Assembly (NCBI GenBank): GCA_963666985.2
Contig: CAXXIA010000002.1
Location: 2,144,001 to 2,208,000, forward strand
DNA: 64,000 nucleotides
Reading direction: 5' to 3'
Source: Spirochaetia bacterium
GTDB lineage: Bacteria; Spirochaetota; Spirochaetia; DSM-2461
Part shown: positions 27,466-37,552 of the stretch, one piece after another
Numbering within the stretch: position 1 is the stretch's first letter
Layout: each line of letters begins with the position of its first letter
Translations under genes and position numbers: made by a program
Notes under the pieces: generated by a model
What the model was told of the DNA's origin: nothing
Seen by the model: only the letters and a program-made list of their open reading frames with translations
Database searches by the model: none

Positions 27466-29319
27466 ATGAGGAAGAAACAAACAAGCGGAATAACGCAAAA
27501 AGAACTGACGACGCGCTGGGGAAAAAATCTGGAGAGAACCGCTCCTCTTCCGGAATATCCCCGTCCGCAATTAAAGCGTCGGCACTGGGTTTCTTTGAAC
27601 GGCGTGTGGAAATACGCCATCCGTGAGGATTCCGCCGAGCCGACCGGATTCGACGGAGAGATTGTCGTCCCTTTTTCTCCGGAATGTTCGCTCTCCGGTG
27701 TGGGCCGTCAGCTTCTGCCCGGTCAAAGACTGTGGTATCGGCGAACGCTTCGTTTTGACGAAGGGACTCCCGACAGGACGAATTGCGGAGAAAATAGCGG
27801 CGTGAACACCGGCGCCAATGCTCGCGTGAACCGCGGCGGCAATCCTAGCGAAAGAATCATTCTTCATTTCGGCGCGGTGGACCAGCATTGCACGGTTTTT
27901 CTGAACGGAGGGCAAGTCGGCGAACATTCCGGCGGTTACTGGCCTTTCTCGTTCGATATCACCGATGCGGTCGGCGAGGGAGAGAACACGCTGACCGTCT
28001 GCGTCCGGGATGATTCGGATACGGGCGGCGAGGCGTTCGGGAAGCAGAGATTGAAACGCGGCGGCATCTGGTATACGGCCCAAAGCGGTATATGGCAGAC
28101 CGTCTGGTGGGAAAGAGTCCCCGCGGAGCATATCGAGAGCCTTGTGATTCAGCCGGATGTCGGCCGGGGCGAAGTTGAATTTCATCTGACCTTTTCCGGT
28201 GATGCCGTGCCTCCGCCGGTTCGTATTCAAATTCGCGGGAGTCATGGAATTGCCGCCGAAGGGGAAAGCGGGGGCGATGTTGTTCGTCTGAAGCTGAATG
28301 AAATTCGGCTCTGGAGTCCCGATGATCCGTTTTTGTATACGGTGGAAATAATCGCCGGGGACGACCGCGTGGAAAGTTATTTCGGCATGAGGGAATTCGG
28401 AGTTCGGCGGGATGAAAAAGGGATTTTGCGCTTTTTCCTGAACGGGAAACCGATCTTCCTCAGCGGTGTGCTCGACCAGGGATATTGGAGCGACGGAATG
28501 TACACGCCTCCGAGCGATGAGGCCATGGAATGGGAAATTACGCACCTCAAGGACATGGGCTTCAACATGCTTCGGAAGCATATCAAGATTGAACCCTTGC
28601 GCTGGTACTGGCATTGCGACCGATTGGGCATGATTGTCTGGCAGGACTTCGTTAACGGCGGGGATCGTTACAAGTCCATGGTTATCCTGGTTCTTCCTTT
28701 TATCGGAAGGCGTCTGAAAGACAGCCGTTATCACCGTTTCGGACGAAAAGACAAAAAGGGCCGCGCGATTTTCGAGAGGGATATGCGGAGAACCGTTTCC
28801 CTTCTGATAGGCAGCCCCTCTCTGGCCGTCTGGGGGCCGTTTAACGAGGGATGGGGGCAGTTCGACGCCTGCCGGATAACAGAGGAATTGAGGAAGCTGG
28901 ATTCTTCCCGTCCCATCGATCATGCGAGCGGCTGGCACGATCAGGGATGCGGCGATTTTCACAGCGGTCATATTTATTTTCGCAAATATAGAATGAAACG
29001 CGATTCCCGCGGGCGGATGGAAGCGCTGACCGAATTCGGCGGCTACAGTCTGCCCGAATCCGGTCATATGAGTTCCGAAAAACTTTTCGGATACCGCATG
29101 TATAAGGATCGGAAAAAATTTACCGAGGCTGTGCTGAATCTTTATGAGAAGGAAGTGCTGCCGGCCGTTCCCCGGGGGCTTTCGGTTTCGGTTTACACGC
29201 AAGTGAGCGATGTTGAAGATGAGATAAACGGATTATTCACCTATGACCGCGAAATCGTGAAGATGGATACGGCGGCCATGAAGAAGATGAACCGGAAGCT
29301 CATGGATGCTGTGGGCTGA
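27466..29319 (+). CDS. Glycoside hydrolase family 2
   Basis: EYPRPQL, LHFGAVD, GVLDQGYW, GFNMLRKHIK, FNEGWG and TEFGG motifs. Confidence 0.92.
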   Translation: MRKKQTSGITQKELTTRWGKNLERTAPLPEYPRPQLKRRHWVSLNGVWKYAIREDSAEPTGFDGEIVVPFSPECSLSGVGRQLLPGQRLWYRRTLRFDEGTPDRTNCGENSGVNTGANARVNRGGNPSERIILHFGAVDQHCTVFLNGGQVGEHSGGYWPFSFDITDAVGEGENTLTVCVRDDSDTGGEAFGKQRLKRGGIWYTAQSGIWQTVWWERVPAEHIESLVIQPDVGRGEVEFHLTFSGDAVPPPVRIQIRGSHGIAAEGESGGDVVRLKLNEIRLWSPDDPFLYTVEIIAGDDRVESYFGMREFGVRRDEKGILRFFLNGKPIFLSGVLDQGYWSDGMYTPPSDEAMEWEITHLKDMGFNMLRKHIKIEPLRWYWHCDRLGMIVWQDFVNGGDRYKSMVILVLPFIGRRLKDSRYHRFGRKDKKGRAIFERDMRRTVSLLIGSPSLAVWGPFNEGWGQFDACRITEELRKLDSSRPIDHASGWHDQGCGDFHSGHIYFRKYRMKRDSRGRMEALTEFGGYSLPESGHMSSEKLFGYRMYKDRKKFTEAVLNLYEKEVLPAVPRGLSVSVYTQVSDVEDEINGLFTYDREIVKMDTAAMKKMNRKLMDAVG

Positions 29320-29371
29320 TTCCGGCCGGACGTTCTATAATAAATAAAGAGCTTTATCGGACGTGTGGAGT

Positions 29372-29815
29372 ATGGATCAGGATATCGCCGGCTGGCGCCT
29401 CGGCTCGGCTTCGGGAAATGTAATTTTTTTCGTGGTTTTCGGTGAATGGAAAGATACCGATGTTCGCCGGTTCAGTATGGAATTCCGGATGTATGTCGAA
29501 CGGATGGAAGGCGACTGGGGCCTGCTCGGTGATGCCGTGGATTGGAATTTTAATGATCCTGCGGTTCAGCACATCATTGAGGATATGAATAGGTGGATTG
29601 TCATGCGGGGATGCCGTGCCGCGTGTTTCTATACCGGTCCCGGTGCTCTGAACCGCCTTCTTCTTTATCGCATGGCCGTGCCGGATGGTTCGGGCTACCG
29701 GTTCCGCGTTTACCCCGACAGGGCCAGAGCCGTTGCCGCGCTTGAGGCGGCCGGGTTCTCCGTTGCCGAAAAGGATCTTTCCGGGTTTTTCCGCGGTGAA
29801 GGGAAACGGCTTTGA
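29372..29815 (+). CDS. Hypothetical protein
   Basis: ORF with GGAG RBS; stop overlaps the next TTG start. Confidence 0.65.
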   Translation: MDQDIAGWRLGSASGNVIFFVVFGEWKDTDVRRFSMEFRMYVERMEGDWGLLGDAVDWNFNDPAVQHIIEDMNRWIVMRGCRAACFYTGPGALNRLLLYRMAVPDGSGYRFRVYPDRARAVAALEAAGFSVAEKDLSGFFRGEGKRL

Positions 29816-30639
29816 AGCATAAGATTCTCATTTTTTCTCTGGCTTTTCTCTCGGTTTATAGTCCTTCTGCGGTCGGTGCGGAAACCATCAGGGTGATGGC
29901 ATGGAATCTGATGGACATGGATCTTTTCGACGGAGAGGGGACGGAGCGTGTTGCATGGCAAATTGAAGCGGAGGCGGGCATTGCCGACGTGCTTCGCGTT
30001 ATTGACCCCGATATCGTTTTTGTTGCCGAAGCTCCGTCTTACGTGGAGCTTGATTCCTTTATCCGCGCCTATGATTTGGATTACCGCGTATCTCATGTCC
30101 GGCAGCAGTCGGGCCGCCGGGATTTCGCGGACGGTTTGGCCCTTCTGACACGGGAAGAGCCGTCTTACGCGGAACTGGTTACGCCTCCGGTTCCGGGCAG
30201 CGATAGAAACGAGGCCACCCGATATATCGATTGGAGTTATCGGGGACTGCTGTCCGCGAAGATTGGGGAGTTAACCGTTGTCGGGGTTCACTTGAAGAGT
30301 CCCTGGGACGGAAAACGGCGGTCCTATGAACTGAGGAATAATCAAATCGGCGGTCTTTTGGAGTATTTGGAAGACCGGGACGGCCCGGTGCTGATTCTCG
30401 GAGATTTCAATGATTCTCCCGGGACGGACGCGAAGGAAGAAGAATTCGGAGTCCCCGATTCAATCGGTCGTCTTCGGGAAGTTTTTTCTTGGGCTGAGGG
30501 CGATGATGTGACGCAGGAAAGCGGTCTGAATCTGGATCATATTTTTGTTCGAGGTGCTTCGGTTGGCCCCAGAAATGTCGTGGAGACCGATTGGATTTTA
30601 AGCGATCATCATCCGGTTTGGGCGGATATCGAGTATTAA
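29812..30639 (+). CDS. Secreted endonuclease/exonuclease/phosphatase (EEP) family protein
   Basis: Signal peptide; WN, E, VHLKS, GDFND, LDHIF and SDHHP motifs. Confidence 0.88.
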   Translation: MKHKILIFSLAFLSVYSPSAVGAETIRVMAWNLMDMDLFDGEGTERVAWQIEAEAGIADVLRVIDPDIVFVAEAPSYVELDSFIRAYDLDYRVSHVRQQSGRRDFADGLALLTREEPSYAELVTPPVPGSDRNEATRYIDWSYRGLLSAKIGELTVVGVHLKSPWDGKRRSYELRNNQIGGLLEYLEDRDGPVLILGDFNDSPGTDAKEEEFGVPDSIGRLREVFSWAEGDDVTQESGLNLDHIFVRGASVGPRNVVETDWILSDHHPVWADIEY

Positions 30640-30752
30640 ATAATTGAAGCGATTTAAAAATCAACGAATCCGGATGCGAAGCCCTGATAAAGCGAATTGA
30701 ATGGGATTTCGTGCGTCGGATTCAAGCGGTTCCATGAATGATGAAATGGCCT

Positions 30753-31241
30753 CTATGAAGCTTTCTTTTCCTGATTCATATGTACAAGAACCATTACCCG
30801 ACGGGCAATCGGCTGCGCGATAAGAGCTTCAATCATAAATGCTATTGTCATATTTCGGGGCCAAATATAAATGAAATTCCGGATGGGTGTTATGGTAATT
30901 GATCGTGTCCCAATCCAGGTTCCTATAACGGTTAAAAGAATGGAAATAAGAAAAACGGAACATAATATATTTATTGTGATTACGGCCCGGAAGCTGTCTC
31001 CGGGCTTGATCAACTTTGATGTCAGCCATTCCGACGGTTTGTAGGTTATCAGAACTACCGCAATAACCGACGGCCAAAGGATCGGAAGAATCTTCAGTAC
31101 GGTTACCCAATTTTGAAGACTGAATCCAATTTCAAGACAAGTGATAAGCGGTGCGATTATATTGACGGAAATAATCGAGATGACGGAAAGAAACAAAATA
31201 AACTCTTTATTGTTCTGCGGCAATTTTGTGATGAAATCCAT
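30753..31241 (-). CDS. DUF2798-like membrane protein
   Basis: LPQNNKE..LF, WPRN...A...EALIAQPIAR; AAGGAG RBS before ATG 31241. Confidence 0.7.
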   Translation of the reverse strand: MDFITKLPQNNKEFILFLSVISIISVNIIAPLITCLEIGFSLQNWVTVLKILPILWPSVIAVVLITYKPSEWLTSKLIKPGDSFRAVITINILCSVFLISILLTVIGTWIGTRSITITPIRNFIYIWPRNMTIAFMIEALIAQPIARRVMVLVHMNQEKKAS

Positions 31242-31259
31242 GGAGAGCTCCTTTCGGGC

Positions 31260-31351
31260 AAAAAAAAAGCACGGAGCTTTCACAGCCCCGTGCTGAACCA
31301 TTATACGCACATGGTGAATAATAATTTATGGAAATAATGAGAACGTGTCAA
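31260..31351 (-). promoter_or_regulatory. Promoter plus leader attenuator (uORF MCV and intrinsic terminator)
   Basis: TTGACA-N17-TAAATT; ATG TGC GTA TAA at 31312-31301; stem gcacggggc/gctccgtgc plus T9 upstream of the RBS. Confidence 0.7.
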
Positions 31352-31553
31352 GATGAATCAGGTGCCCGCGATCGTGTCGAAAAGAGGATGCATCCGTGCC
31401 GACACTGTTTCCCCGGTGATTATTCGAAGTAAGAAAATCGATTAAAAAACCGAGGCCGAACAATTACGGCCTTTTCGCAATTCACAGAACGAATTTCAGT
31501 TTACCGTTATTCTTCCTTATGTGATTTGTGCTGTTCGCGCCGAATAATCCGCA

Positions 31554-32387
31554 TCAGTCGAGACCGATGAGCGCGATGCCCGCAAGCGCCAGAATCAGTC
31601 CGATAATCCGTGTCGGACCAAGGTGTTCTTTGAAGAATATTCTTTGCAGGAGAACCGTCGGTGCGGGGTAAAGCGCCGTGATGACAACGGCGGTAATCAG
31701 CATCCCGGCCCGAGCCGCCAGCAGATAGAAGACATTGGCGGCCATATCCATCGCGCCTGCGCCGAGCGCCGTAATCAGGCTTGTTTTCCTTAAGGTCAGG
31801 GGTTTGCGCCGAAGCAGGGTAACGATAATAAGAGCCGGGACGCTGGCGGCCCGGGCCGCCACCAGGGGCCAAAGTCCCGAGTCGTCGGGTGTTTGGGAAA
31901 GAAATATGAAGAATCCTCCGAAACCAAGTCCGGCGACGAGTCCCATTCGCAGGGATTGCATCACGGCGCCTTTGTTCTCTCCGCGTTCGACTGAAAGAAG
32001 AACAATCGCGGGCAGGGCCAGGGCAACGCCGATCCAAGTGAGCATGTTCGGGCGTTCTCCCATCAATACGCCGATTAACACCGGAAGCGCGGTGCCGGAC
32101 AATGCCGCGGACGGAGAAACAACGGCGGCCAATCCGGTGGCCAATCCCCGGTAGAGAGAACTTAAGCCTGCGGCGCCGCAAAGTCCCGCGACGGCTCCCC
32201 ACAGCCATGAGGACGGCGTTAGCTGCGTGCCGCCCAGTAGCGGCGCCGCGATGAGGGCCACAACGATGCCCACGGCCTGTGACCAGGCCACCACCGCCGA
32301 TACGGGGCTTCTGCGGCCGGCGATACCGCCGGAAAAATCGGCAATGCCGTAGGAAAGAGCGGAGAGAACGGCGAACAATGTGACCAT
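31554..32387 (-). CDS. EamA/DMT-family transporter
   Basis: YGIADFSGG, GERP and ALYPA motifs; about 10 TM segments. Confidence 0.88.
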   Translation of the reverse strand: MVTLFAVLSALSYGIADFSGGIAGRRSPVSAVVAWSQAVGIVVALIAAPLLGGTQLTPSSWLWGAVAGLCGAAGLSSLYRGLATGLAAVVSPSAALSGTALPVLIGVLMGERPNMLTWIGVALALPAIVLLSVERGENKGAVMQSLRMGLVAGLGFGGFFIFLSQTPDDSGLWPLVAARAASVPALIIVTLLRRKPLTLRKTSLITALGAGAMDMAANVFYLLAARAGMLITAVVITALYPAPTVLLQRIFFKEHLGPTRIIGLILALAGIALIGLD

Positions 32388-32623
32388 GGTGGGTATTTCA
32401 CTCCGTTCCGAGGTTTCTTGCAAGGGTTCCGGGATATCATCGCGGAGGGAAATTGAATAATACGGTTTGGGAATGCGAATACCGCCGGGTGATTCCATAA
32501 TGACTTTTTCTGGTCAACTCTTTTAGTCTCTGGTATGATTCGCGCATCTCTATGGAGAGTCATTCCGGGTGAACCGTCCGGGGGGGTCTCTTCAGCAGTC
32601 TGTTGAAAATAAAAAGGAATCTC

Positions 32624-33805
32624 ATGCCCGTAGCGAAATCAATTGCCGAAATGATGAAGAACTCCTCGTTTATCCGAAAGATGTTCGAGGAAGGCGCGAA
32701 GCTGAAAAGTATCCATGGTCAGGATAAGGTTTGCGATTTTTCCATAGGAAATCCGGACCTGCCTCCTCCCGATGAATTCCGGAAAGTCCTTCTGGAAGAA
32801 GCGGCCCGGGACGAAGCGCGAATACACGGCTACATGCCCAATGCCGGATATCCGGCGGTGCGGCGGGCCGTGGCGGAGAGCGTTTCGGCCGACATGGGCG
32901 TAACTTTGGATGCCGAACATCTGCTGATGACCTGCGGCGCCGGCGGCGCTTTGAATGTTGCGCTTCGCGCTCTCTGCAATCCCGGCGATGAGGTGATTGC
33001 TTCGGCGCCCTGTTTCGTCGAATACGGTTTCTACTGCAGCAACTACGGAGCTTCCTTGAAGCTCGTACCGGCCAAGGCCGATTTTGATTTGGATCCGGCG
33101 GCTTTCGCGGACGCCATAACCGAAAAAACCGCCGCGGTGATCATCAATTCACCCCACAACCCAACCGGCCGAATTTATCCGGCCGAAACCCTGGAGGAAC
33201 TCGGGCGGGTTCTGGATAAGGCGAAAGAGCGGACCGGACGGCGGATTTATCTGATCAGCGACGAACCATACCGAAAGATCGCTTACGACGGGATTACCGT
33301 GCCGCCGGTGATGAAGGCATATGCGCACAGTCTGGTGGCCACCAGCTACTCGAAGGATCTTTCCCTTCCGGGGGAACGCATCGGATGGCTTGCCGTGAAT
33401 CCCGATGCCGAGGATGCCGATCAAATTGCGGGAGCTCTGACGCTCTGCAACCGCATTCTGGGATATGTGAACGCTCCGGCTTTGATGCAGCGGACCGTGG
33501 CGCGGCTTCAGGATCTTTCGGTGGACATCGGCATCTACCGGGCCAAGCGCGATAAAATCAAACGGATTCTGGATGAGGCCGGATTCGAATATGCTCCGCC
33601 TGAGGGAACGTTCTACTTCTGGGTGAAATCTCCGGCGGCGGATGAAATGGAAGTGGTGAATGCGCTGAAGGAAGAGCTGATCCTGACGGTACCGGGAAGC
33701 GGTTTCGCGGGGCCGGGATGGCTGCGGATCTGCTACTGCGTGGACGATGAGGTGATCGACAGATCCGCGGAAGGATTCAAAGCGGTTCGTCGCCGTTTTA
33801 ACTAA
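32624..33805 (+). CDS. Class I/II PLP aminotransferase (aspartate/aromatic)
   Basis: FSIGNP, NSPHNPTG, SDEPY and SYSKDLSLPGERIG motifs. Confidence 0.93.
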   Translation: MPVAKSIAEMMKNSSFIRKMFEEGAKLKSIHGQDKVCDFSIGNPDLPPPDEFRKVLLEEAARDEARIHGYMPNAGYPAVRRAVAESVSADMGVTLDAEHLLMTCGAGGALNVALRALCNPGDEVIASAPCFVEYGFYCSNYGASLKLVPAKADFDLDPAAFADAITEKTAAVIINSPHNPTGRIYPAETLEELGRVLDKAKERTGRRIYLISDEPYRKIAYDGITVPPVMKAYAHSLVATSYSKDLSLPGERIGWLAVNPDAEDADQIAGALTLCNRILGYVNAPALMQRTVARLQDLSVDIGIYRAKRDKIKRILDEAGFEYAPPEGTFYFWVKSPAADEMEVVNALKEELILTVPGSGFAGPGWLRICYCVDDEVIDRSAEGFKAVRRRFN

Positions 33806-33816
33806 AGGGGGTTTTC

Positions 33817-34017
33817 ATGTTGGGTTTGGGTGATTTTTCCGTTTTCGCCGCGTACATTCTCTGCATCTTGTCCGCTCTGCTCTGTGTTGTTTACGGCATC
33901 GTGAACTGGAATAAAGGCGGAGAGGTAAGTTCCGAGGTCGCGGCCGAAGAAGTCCGCTGGAACGCCGAAGAAAAGAAAATTGAAGACGAGCTGTCGGGCC
34001 GGGGAGATGCATCATGA
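33817..34017 (+). CDS. Small symporter-accessory membrane protein
   Basis: AYILCILSALLCVVYGIVNWN; overlaps the start of the symporter gene. Confidence 0.8.
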   Translation: MLGLGDFSVFAAYILCILSALLCVVYGIVNWNKGGEVSSEVAAEEVRWNAEEKKIEDELSGRGDAS

Positions 34018-35609
34018 GCTTCGGATTAATTGCCGCCGTCTTTGTTTATTTAGCCGTCATCGCATGGCTCGGCTACCGGGGATACGGACAGACTAAAACC
34101 GCCGGTGACTATCTTTTGGCGGGACGCAACGCCCACCCCTACGTAATGGCTCTTTCCTACGGCGCCACGTTTATTTCCACGTCGGCCATCGTCGGCTTCG
34201 GGGGAACCGCGTCGCTGATGGGTATGAGTCTGCTTTGGCTGGCCTTCCTGAACATCTTTCTCGGAATCTTCATCGCCTTTGTATTCTTCGGAAAGAGGAC
34301 ACGGCGCATCGGTCTGAATCTGGACGCCCATACCTTTCCCGAACTTCTCGGGCGCCGGATGAATTCCCGGTTCATTCAGGTGTTCACCGGATTTATGATT
34401 TTCATCTTCATGCCTTTGTATGCCGCGGCGGTTCTTATTGGCGCGTCCCGGATTATCGAAGTGCTGCTCAATGTTCCTTTCGAAGTTTCGGTGGTGGTGT
34501 TCTCCATCCTCGTTGGTGCCTACGTGATTCTTGGGGGACTCAAGAGCGTTATGTACACTGATGCTCTTCAGGGGACTCTTATGTTCCTGGGGATGATAAC
34601 GCTGCTGTTGGTTACCTATATCAAACTCGGCGGTGTCGTCGAAGCCCATAGGAGCCTTGCTTCTCTTTCCGCCTTTATCCCCGAATCCATGACCAAAGGC
34701 GGTATTTCCTGCTGGACCAAGGGGCCCGCCGGCGGAAGCCCCATGTGGTGGACCATCTATTCTTCTCTGGTTCTGGGAGTCGGGGTGGGAGCTTTGGCTC
34801 AGCCCCAGCTGGCGGTTCGATTCATGACGGTGCAGAGCGATAAGGAACTGAACCGCAGCGTGGCCGTGGGCGGTGTTTTCATTCTGGTCTGCGTGGCTTC
34901 GGTTTACGTTATCGGTCCGCTGACGAACGTTTTCTTCCATGGAACGATCGGAAAAATCGCCATCGCGGCGGCGGAAGGAAACGTGGATCGGGTTATTCCG
35001 CTTTATCTGGATGCGGCCATGCCTTCCTGGTTCTCAATCGTTTTTATTTTGGTCATCCTTTCGGCCGCCATGAGTACCTTGAGCAGCCAGTATCACGCCA
35101 TCGGGACTTCCGTAAGCCGGGACATCATCGAACAGGGATTCCTGAAAGGCCGGGAAACGAAAAGCGGAACCGTCGTAACCATTACCCGGATCGGTGTTTT
35201 AGTGTCTCTTCTTCTTACCGTCCTCTTGGCCATGGAGATGGGCGGAGGCGTGATTGCCCGGGCCACGGCGATTTTCTTCGGACTGATGGCCTCGTGCTTT
35301 CTGGCGCCTTATACGGCGGCTTTGTTTTGGAAGCGATTTACACGGGCGGGCGCGATTGCCGGGATTATTTCCGGATTTACGGTTTCGATATTTTGTTTTC
35401 TTTTCATGCACGGGAAGGAAGCGGCGGTGTTCGGTTTGTGCGAGGCTCTGTGCGGCAGAACAACTCTGTTCGGCGGCATCTGGCCGGTGATTGATCCGAT
35501 GGTGTTTGCCTTCCCGGTATCCATCCTCTTTACGGTGGCGGTGACTCTTCTGACCAAGCCGGAGGTGGATTTGCCGCTGGAAAATGCTTTCGCCGGAGTG
35601 GGACGGTAG
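34014..35609 (+). CDS. Sodium:solute symporter family protein
   Basis: DYLLAGR, GGLKSVMYTDALQG and SAAMSTLSS motifs. Confidence 0.93.
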   Translation: MSFGLIAAVFVYLAVIAWLGYRGYGQTKTAGDYLLAGRNAHPYVMALSYGATFISTSAIVGFGGTASLMGMSLLWLAFLNIFLGIFIAFVFFGKRTRRIGLNLDAHTFPELLGRRMNSRFIQVFTGFMIFIFMPLYAAAVLIGASRIIEVLLNVPFEVSVVVFSILVGAYVILGGLKSVMYTDALQGTLMFLGMITLLLVTYIKLGGVVEAHRSLASLSAFIPESMTKGGISCWTKGPAGGSPMWWTIYSSLVLGVGVGALAQPQLAVRFMTVQSDKELNRSVAVGGVFILVCVASVYVIGPLTNVFFHGTIGKIAIAAAEGNVDRVIPLYLDAAMPSWFSIVFILVILSAAMSTLSSQYHAIGTSVSRDIIEQGFLKGRETKSGTVVTITRIGVLVSLLLTVLLAMEMGGGVIARATAIFFGLMASCFLAPYTAALFWKRFTRAGAIAGIISGFTVSIFCFLFMHGKEAAVFGLCEALCGRTTLFGGIWPVIDPMVFAFPVSILFTVAVTLLTKPEVDLPLENAFAGVGR

Positions 35610-35639
35610 GCCGATCGGCGTGTATCCATTTGTTTTTTA

Positions 35640-35679
35640 ATCGGCCCTCCCTCCGGAAAATCCGGAGGGAGGGGCCGAT
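35640..35679. terminator. Strong hairpin between convergent genes
   Basis: tcggccctccctccgga-aaa-tccggagggagggccga. Confidence 0.75.
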
Positions 35680-35705
35680 TGAGTCCGTGTTCTTTCAACA
35701 GCCTG

Positions 35706-37064
35706 TCAGATAAAAATCAGAGCGAGAATTACAACCACTATCAAGGTTGCGAGACCTTGAATCAGGGTTGCCATTGTGTGGGATTTGTAAGCGGTGGAGA
35801 CATCCATGCCGCTGAATTCGGCCACAACCCAGAAGTAACTGTCGTTGGCATGGGAAACGGTCATGGCTCCGGCGCCTATGGCCATAACGGTGAGGATTTT
35901 GCCGAAAAGAGTCGCCAATCCGAGGGCGGGGAGCAGCGGAGCGATAAGTGCCGAAGTGGTTACCAAAGCCACGGTGGAGGAACCCTGGGCGGACTTAAGA
36001 GCGGCGGCGATAATGAACGGAACCAGAATCCCCAGACTCAGAGTGCTTAGGGAACTTCCCAAATAATCTCCGATGGGTGTTGACTTCAGAACCGTGCCGA
36101 AAGCTCCGCCCGCGCCGGTAATCATTATGATGATCGCCGCATCCATCAGGCCCTTTCCGATCCAGCCGGTGAGAACTTCCTTGTCGAATTTTGGAAAAAG
36201 AAAAGCGGAAAAGAAAAAGCCGATCATGAGTGCATTGATGGGCTTACCCAGGAACGCGAAAAGATTATAGAAGAATCCGTTTCCCCAGGGACGCGTGGGA
36301 AAATTAACGATGGAGCCCAGAGTAATGAGCAGGATGGGCACCACGATGGGAGCGAAGGCTTTCCAGGCGGAGGGAAGTTTTCCGTATTTTGCTTTAACCG
36401 CATCGTAATCCATTTCGATCTTTTCCGTATCCTCGGCGGAAGTGGTTCTTTTGCCGATATAAGCGGCCCAGAAATATCCGGCAAGCATGGTGACGACGGA
36501 GATGCCCAAACCGACGAGAATAACCAATCCGAGCTGATTATCCAAACCCAGATTTCCGGCCGCCGCGATGGGACCCGGAGTAGGCGGAACCAAAGTATGA
36601 GTGGCATAGAGCCCCGTTGCCAGAGCAACCGACATCCAAACACCGGAGACTCCGGACTTCTTCACCAGCGATTTTTTCAGGGATGAGAGGATGACATAAC
36701 CTGAGTCGCAGAATACCGGAATGGAAACGATGTATCCGATGATGCTCATGGCCAGCGCCGGCCGTTTTTTTCCGACAACTTTGAGGATTGTTTCAGCCAT
36801 AACCACCGCGGCTCCGGATTCTTCGAGCACCTTGCCGATGATGGTTCCCAAGATAATAACAATGCCGATGTAAGAAAGAATCCCGCCGAAACCGTTTCGA
36901 ATTGTGGAACCGATGTCCAGCGGATTCATTCCCGATGCGAAAGCGACTCCGTAACTGGCGAGAAGCAGCGCAATGAAGGGGTGAAGTTTCCATCTTGAGG
37001 TGGAAAGTACGATGAAAACGATCGCCAGCAGCAGTATAACCAGAAGCATGGGTCCTTGTACCAT
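35706..37064 (-). CDS. GntP-family permease
   Basis: KLHPF, IPVFCDSG, PPTPGP, AQGSSTVA and SHANDSYFW motifs. Confidence 0.92.
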   Translation of the reverse strand: MVQGPMLLVILLLAIVFIVLSTSRWKLHPFIALLLASYGVAFASGMNPLDIGSTIRNGFGGILSYIGIVIILGTIIGKVLEESGAAVVMAETILKVVGKKRPALAMSIIGYIVSIPVFCDSGYVILSSLKKSLVKKSGVSGVWMSVALATGLYATHTLVPPTPGPIAAAGNLGLDNQLGLVILVGLGISVVTMLAGYFWAAYIGKRTTSAEDTEKIEMDYDAVKAKYGKLPSAWKAFAPIVVPILLITLGSIVNFPTRPWGNGFFYNLFAFLGKPINALMIGFFFSAFLFPKFDKEVLTGWIGKGLMDAAIIIMITGAGGAFGTVLKSTPIGDYLGSSLSTLSLGILVPFIIAAALKSAQGSSTVALVTTSALIAPLLPALGLATLFGKILTVMAIGAGAMTVSHANDSYFWVVAEFSGMDVSTAYKSHTMATLIQGLATLIVVVILALIFI

Positions 37065-37486
37065 AAGACACTCCTTATAAATAGCGGAACCTGAGTTCCG
37101 ACTGATTCCTCACGATATTCGGAGGGTACGGCGGATGGAGAGAACGTTTGTAAATTATATATCTTTTTGGGACGATGTCTGCAAGAAATCCGAAAGCGGC
37201 CGCTATCGGAAGGGCGAAAGTAAGGTTTCCCCGCTTGATTCAAGCGGAACGCGAAGATGCGGACGGCCGTACCGGGAATCGTTTTTTTTCAATTTTTCTC
37301 TGGATGAATTTCATTCCGGCGGAAGCGTCGGCCGCATTCCGGCAAAAAGGAACGAATCGTTATTAAAAACAATACGGTAGGGAATGTCCGAAAAAGCTAC
37401 GTTATTGTTTTTTTTGAAGAGAATACACACGAACATTTTAGGGCCAACTTGTTGCTGTGAAGAAACATAGCGAAATGGATCCGAGA

Positions 37487-37503
37487 CTGGCACATCTTTT
37501 GCT
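37487..37503 (+). promoter_or_regulatory. sigma54 (-24/-12) promoter
   Basis: CTGGCAC-ATCTT-TTGCT, 50 nt upstream of the permease ATG. Confidence 0.75.
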
Positions 37504-37552
37504 TTGGAAGTTGACATATATTGACTCAATTTATGTTTCATAAGGAGAAACT

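Noticed and set aside
27571..29202. Long antisense ORFs (also 56194-57534, 37751-38830, 16280-17380, 38871-39878, 43012-44025)
   Set aside because: They are shadows of well-supported genes on the opposite strand and have no recognisable motifs.
29812..30639. EEP nuclease as an anti-phage defence gene
   Set aside because: It has a signal peptide and no defence-type neighbours, so an extracytoplasmic phosphoesterase is more likely.
37100..37480. Purine riboswitch upstream of the purine permease
   Set aside because: The conserved aptamer core was not found, and a sigma54 promoter close to the gene leaves no room for it.
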